This document shows, one piece after another, positions 55,192 through 57,569 of a stretch of 57,569 nt of DNA. The DNA is from a virus (lineage: Duplodnaviria; Caudoviricetes), in the IMG/VR virus record IMGVR_UViG_3300011113_000476, positions 1 through 57,569 of that record; one strand, given 5' to 3'. Below the pieces are notes generated by a model. It was not told where the DNA came from. It saw nothing but the letters and a program-made list of their open reading frames with translations, and made no database searches. The position numbers and the translations under genes were made by a program. Numbering within the stretch: the stretch's first letter is position 1; every line of letters starts with the position of its first letter.

Positions 55192-55492
55192 TCTTTTCAT
55201 TTGGTGGAATTCCGTTACTATGCTTGTCGGTGACTTTGTCGGTGTCTTGATAAAACCTTTTCTCTTGAATTGTCAATTTATCTTTATGTGTTTTTCGAGG
55301 ATTGCCGCAAAGATAACATTCTGGGTTACCACAATCCATGGCATGTTTTTTATGCAATCGATGTGGTTCTGTGACTGGAGCACCGTGTTCTTTAGCAATC
55401 TTGGTCTGTTTTTTTACAGCATTTTCATCTTCGAATCTACGTTTACTGTTTTTGAGTTTGTCTTGTTCGTGACTCATATATACCTTCGACAC
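55181..55492 (-). CDS. Hypothetical basic protein with Cys/His cluster
   Basis: 'HAMDCGNPECYLCGNPRK' is a probable zinc site. Confidence 0.7.
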   Translation of the reverse strand: MSKVYMSHEQDKLKNSKRRFEDENAVKKQTKIAKEHGAPVTEPHRLHKKHAMDCGNPECYLCGNPRKTHKDKLTIQEKRFYQDTDKVTDKHSNGIPPNEKNEN

Positions 55493-55521
55493 ACTAACAA
55501 TATTTACGTCTTAGTAAGATA

Positions 55522-55821
55522 TTACAACCATTTCAACGCAAATAATGTAGCATCCCTTTTATCTTCAAAAATATAGCGACCACCAAAATTTCCAAAATGT
55601 TCGAATTCTCCCTGGCAGTGTTGATACGCCCAGTCTACAATGTCTGACGATTTATATCGACTATCAAATGGCGGAAGATCCACAATAGACCAACCGCAAT
55701 TAGACAACTGCTCTACTAGAATATCAAAGTCGATTTCTTTGTCTATATCTTCTGCTATTTTATTCATAATATCGCCTACAATATCTTTTGGAACTGTAGT
55801 AACGTTTTTATGCGTGAGCAT
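55522..55821 (-). CDS. Small hypothetical protein (F-x-LKW family)
   Basis: Likely start ATG 55821 (MLTHK...). Ends 'FEDKRDATLFALKWL'. Confidence 0.65.
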   Translation of the reverse strand: MLTHKNVTTVPKDIVGDIMNKIAEDIDKEIDFDILVEQLSNCGWSIVDLPPFDSRYKSSDIVDWAYQHCQGEFEHFGNFGGRYIFEDKRDATLFALKWL

Positions 55822-57100
55822 GTTTCTTTGCCTCTTCGTAATGAGCCCAAACACCAAACTCAGGTTCTGCATCAGGGTTGCCTTTAATAACCCAAACAGT
55901 ATCACAGTAATCTTGCACACTGGCAGGATCCCAACCAAAGAAGCAAAAGTCAGTAAACATAATCAGCTTCTTAGGTTCAATGTCATTGTCTTTGAGCCAT
56001 TCCCATACACAATGAGGATCAGTACCACCACCGCCTCCGGGGGTATAACTAGTAATATCCGACATGTTATCACTGGTAAATTCTTCAGGATTGTATACTG
56101 CGGTATCCCAAGTAATAACACGAATCTTATATTCGTCATAAGATTCCATGATACCTTTAACTTCGCTCAGAAAGTCTTTAAGATCCTTTTCGCTGATAGA
56201 GCCTGATGTATCAATGGCAACACAGACATCAATTTGAGTGCCTGGCTTCATGCCTGGCATGACTGCATCCATGTGCCAGCCACGACGGTTAGGGCGCATC
56301 CAGCTAAAGTCATCTTTTACAGTGCTTTGGATTTGTTGTTGCAACAGTTCACGCCAGTTCACAACGGGCTTGGTCAGATCCTTAATAAGACGTTTGACAC
56401 CACCCGGCAAGTTTCCTGTGCCTACAGCCTGTGCAGCCTGCAACAGTGCTTCACGAATCTCGTCCTTGATCTGTCGCTTTTCTTCTTCACTGAGACGAGG
56501 ACGACCTTTGCCTTTTTTATCACCGTCTTCGCCATCTCCGTCGGATTGCTCGTCGCCGTCCATGTGCTCGTCCAACACTTGCTGAACTAGATCACTGATG
56601 TCGATCTTTTCTGCTTTGTCATAAAGGTCGTCGTAGACTTCTTCAGCACTCCAGCCTTTGTATTTTGGATCGTAGAGGCAAGGGGTAATCTTGTCACCAA
56701 TCTTTTGTTCGATAAGATCACTGTTTACGCAAAAGTCTGCGGCGCAGTTAAACAGTCGGCGGTCACGAAAATCTCCAGTGCGGCCGATATGATCATAGAC
56801 ATTGTGCAAAACTTCATGCCCAAAAAGAAACTCAACTTCTTTAGGCTTGAGTTTGTTTACGAATTCAGTATTGTAATAGAAATTGCGACCATCTGTAGCC
56901 GCAGTGCCCAGCCAGCTATCAGCATTAACTAGTTTCAAACGAGTTGCAAGATTGCCAAAAAATGGAGCACGAAGGAGCAGACCAATCCGAGCCGTAACAA
57001 GTTTTTCACGCACTGCGGCGTCCAGCCGGGGGTCTGTATGCTCGGTCAAACGACCTGCAAGTTTATGTTCTGATTTCTTTTCGCTAGAAGTAGTAGCCAT
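55808..57100 (-). CDS. Metallopeptidase-like + VWA domain protein (DUF2201-type)
   Basis: 'TAATDG', HExxH 'HEVLH', acidic linker, MIDAS 'DTSGS', 'GGGGT' and 'FTD'. Confidence 0.88.
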   Translation of the reverse strand: MATTSSEKKSEHKLAGRLTEHTDPRLDAAVREKLVTARIGLLLRAPFFGNLATRLKLVNADSWLGTAATDGRNFYYNTEFVNKLKPKEVEFLFGHEVLHNVYDHIGRTGDFRDRRLFNCAADFCVNSDLIEQKIGDKITPCLYDPKYKGWSAEEVYDDLYDKAEKIDISDLVQQVLDEHMDGDEQSDGDGEDGDKKGKGRPRLSEEEKRQIKDEIREALLQAAQAVGTGNLPGGVKRLIKDLTKPVVNWRELLQQQIQSTVKDDFSWMRPNRRGWHMDAVMPGMKPGTQIDVCVAIDTSGSISEKDLKDFLSEVKGIMESYDEYKIRVITWDTAVYNPEEFTSDNMSDITSYTPGGGGGTDPHCVWEWLKDNDIEPKKLIMFTDFCFFGWDPASVQDYCDTVWVIKGNPDAEPEFGVWAHYEEAKKHAHA

Positions 57101-57124
57101 TTAGTGCTCCTTGTTTATGTGTAT

Positions 57125-57153
57125 ATTATAATTGAAAATGGATTTATTGTCAA
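57125..57153 (-). promoter_or_regulatory. Consensus sigma70 (early) promoter TTGACA-N17-TATAAT
   Basis: -35 at 57153-57148 and -10 at 57130-57125, followed by an AAGGAG SD (57112-57107) for the VWA gene. Confidence 0.9.
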
Positions 57154-57162
57154 AAGTAATTT

Positions 57163-57456
57163 TTATAACCATTTTAATGTAAACAATTCTAACTGCTTTG
57201 GTCCTGCCAGATAAATGTAGCAGTAATTAAACTTTTCATCGTAATGCCATGCCCACTCTACGGACCCTACGTTATCCTGTCCAAGTGATAAAAAGATTTC
57301 TCGCTCACAGCTCGGGCCCCATGTTTCCCAACACCATTGTCGCACTTGACAGAAATCTTGGAATTTAGTTGGTTTAGCACCGTTTACCAAAACTCTATAT
57401 TTTAAACGGTTGAGCCCTTTATGTCTACCGTCTAATTTTTCTAATGAAAGTTTCAT
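57163..57456 (-). CDS. Small hypothetical protein (F-x-LKW family)
   Basis: 97 aa with 'RQWCWETWGPS', ending LFTLKWL. Confidence 0.7.
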   Translation of the reverse strand: MKLSLEKLDGRHKGLNRLKYRVLVNGAKPTKFQDFCQVRQWCWETWGPSCEREIFLSLGQDNVGSVEWAWHYDEKFNYCYIYLAGPKQLELFTLKWL

Positions 57457-57463
57457 AATAAAT

Positions 57464-57504
57464 AGGGAGGACTTACGGTGAAAGGAGTAAAGCCCTGCCT
57501 CCCT
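57464..57504. other. GC-rich intergenic stem-loop
   Basis: AGGGAGG (57464-70) pairs with CCTCCCT (57498-504), with further inner pairing possible. Confidence 0.5.
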
Positions 57505-57510
57505 TGAATT

Positions 57511-57569
57511 TTACTTTTGGCTAGCAGCCACAATATACTTGCCGAAACGCTTATGGAATTCGTCAAAGT
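57511..57569 (-). CDS. C-terminal fragment of an upstream gene, probably a MoxR-like AAA+ ATPase
   Basis: Reads ...FDEFHKRFGKYIVAASQK*. The identity is inferred only from its position upstream of a DUF2201/VWA gene. Confidence 0.45.
   Translation of the reverse strand, partial: FDEFHKRFGKYIVAASQK

Noticed and set aside
501-57104. Many short antisense or alternate-frame ORFs in the track (e.g. 34679-35158, 55640-56206, 52771-53145, 23862-24134)
   Set aside because: They lie within or opposite well-supported genes and show no motifs, so they are treated as shadow ORFs.
1-57569. Stop-codon reassignment as seen in some large phages
   Set aside because: Genes tile the window in the standard code, a 14-kb ORF is uninterrupted, and TAA, TGA and TAG all appear as plausible stops.
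1-57569. CRISPR array, tRNA, rRNA or DGR template/variable repeats
   Set aside because: Intergenic gaps are short, and no spaced direct repeats, cloverleaf or reverse transcriptase were seen by eye. A tRNAscan/Infernal run would be needed to exclude small RNAs fully.

Overview
This is a 57.6-kb segment of a large, AT-rich, T4-like (contractile-tail) dsDNA phage genome read in the standard genetic code. Bases 1-27280 (+ strand) are a baseplate/tail module. It has gp53-, hub-, gp5-, gp25- and gp6-like genes, a 4673-aa modular baseplate protein, and tail-fibre-like proteins. From 27343 to about 50700 is a densely packed biosynthetic island of about 23 kb. It holds six tandem radical SAM enzymes with an N-terminal Cys-rich (twitch-like) domain, about five glycosyltransferase-like proteins, a NodU/TobZ carbamoyltransferase, two sulfotransferase-like genes flanking an APS-kinase/nucleotidyltransferase fusion, two SGNH-fold proteins, an NDP-sugar epimerase/dehydratase and a DegT aminotransferase. 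I read this as a phage-encoded glycan-building and decorating pathway of unknown substrate, and it is the best candidate for an undescribed system. Bases 47767-57569 (- strand) carry the sugar genes plus thyA, DHFR, a free-standing GIY-YIG/NUMOD3 endonuclease, small hypotheticals, a metallopeptidase-VWA protein and the probable end of an AAA+ ATPase. Regulatory signals include sigma70 promoters, T4-like late TAAATA boxes, hairpins that hide ribosome-binding sites, and probable leaderless mRNAs. All family calls come from motifs recognised by eye; no database searches were run.
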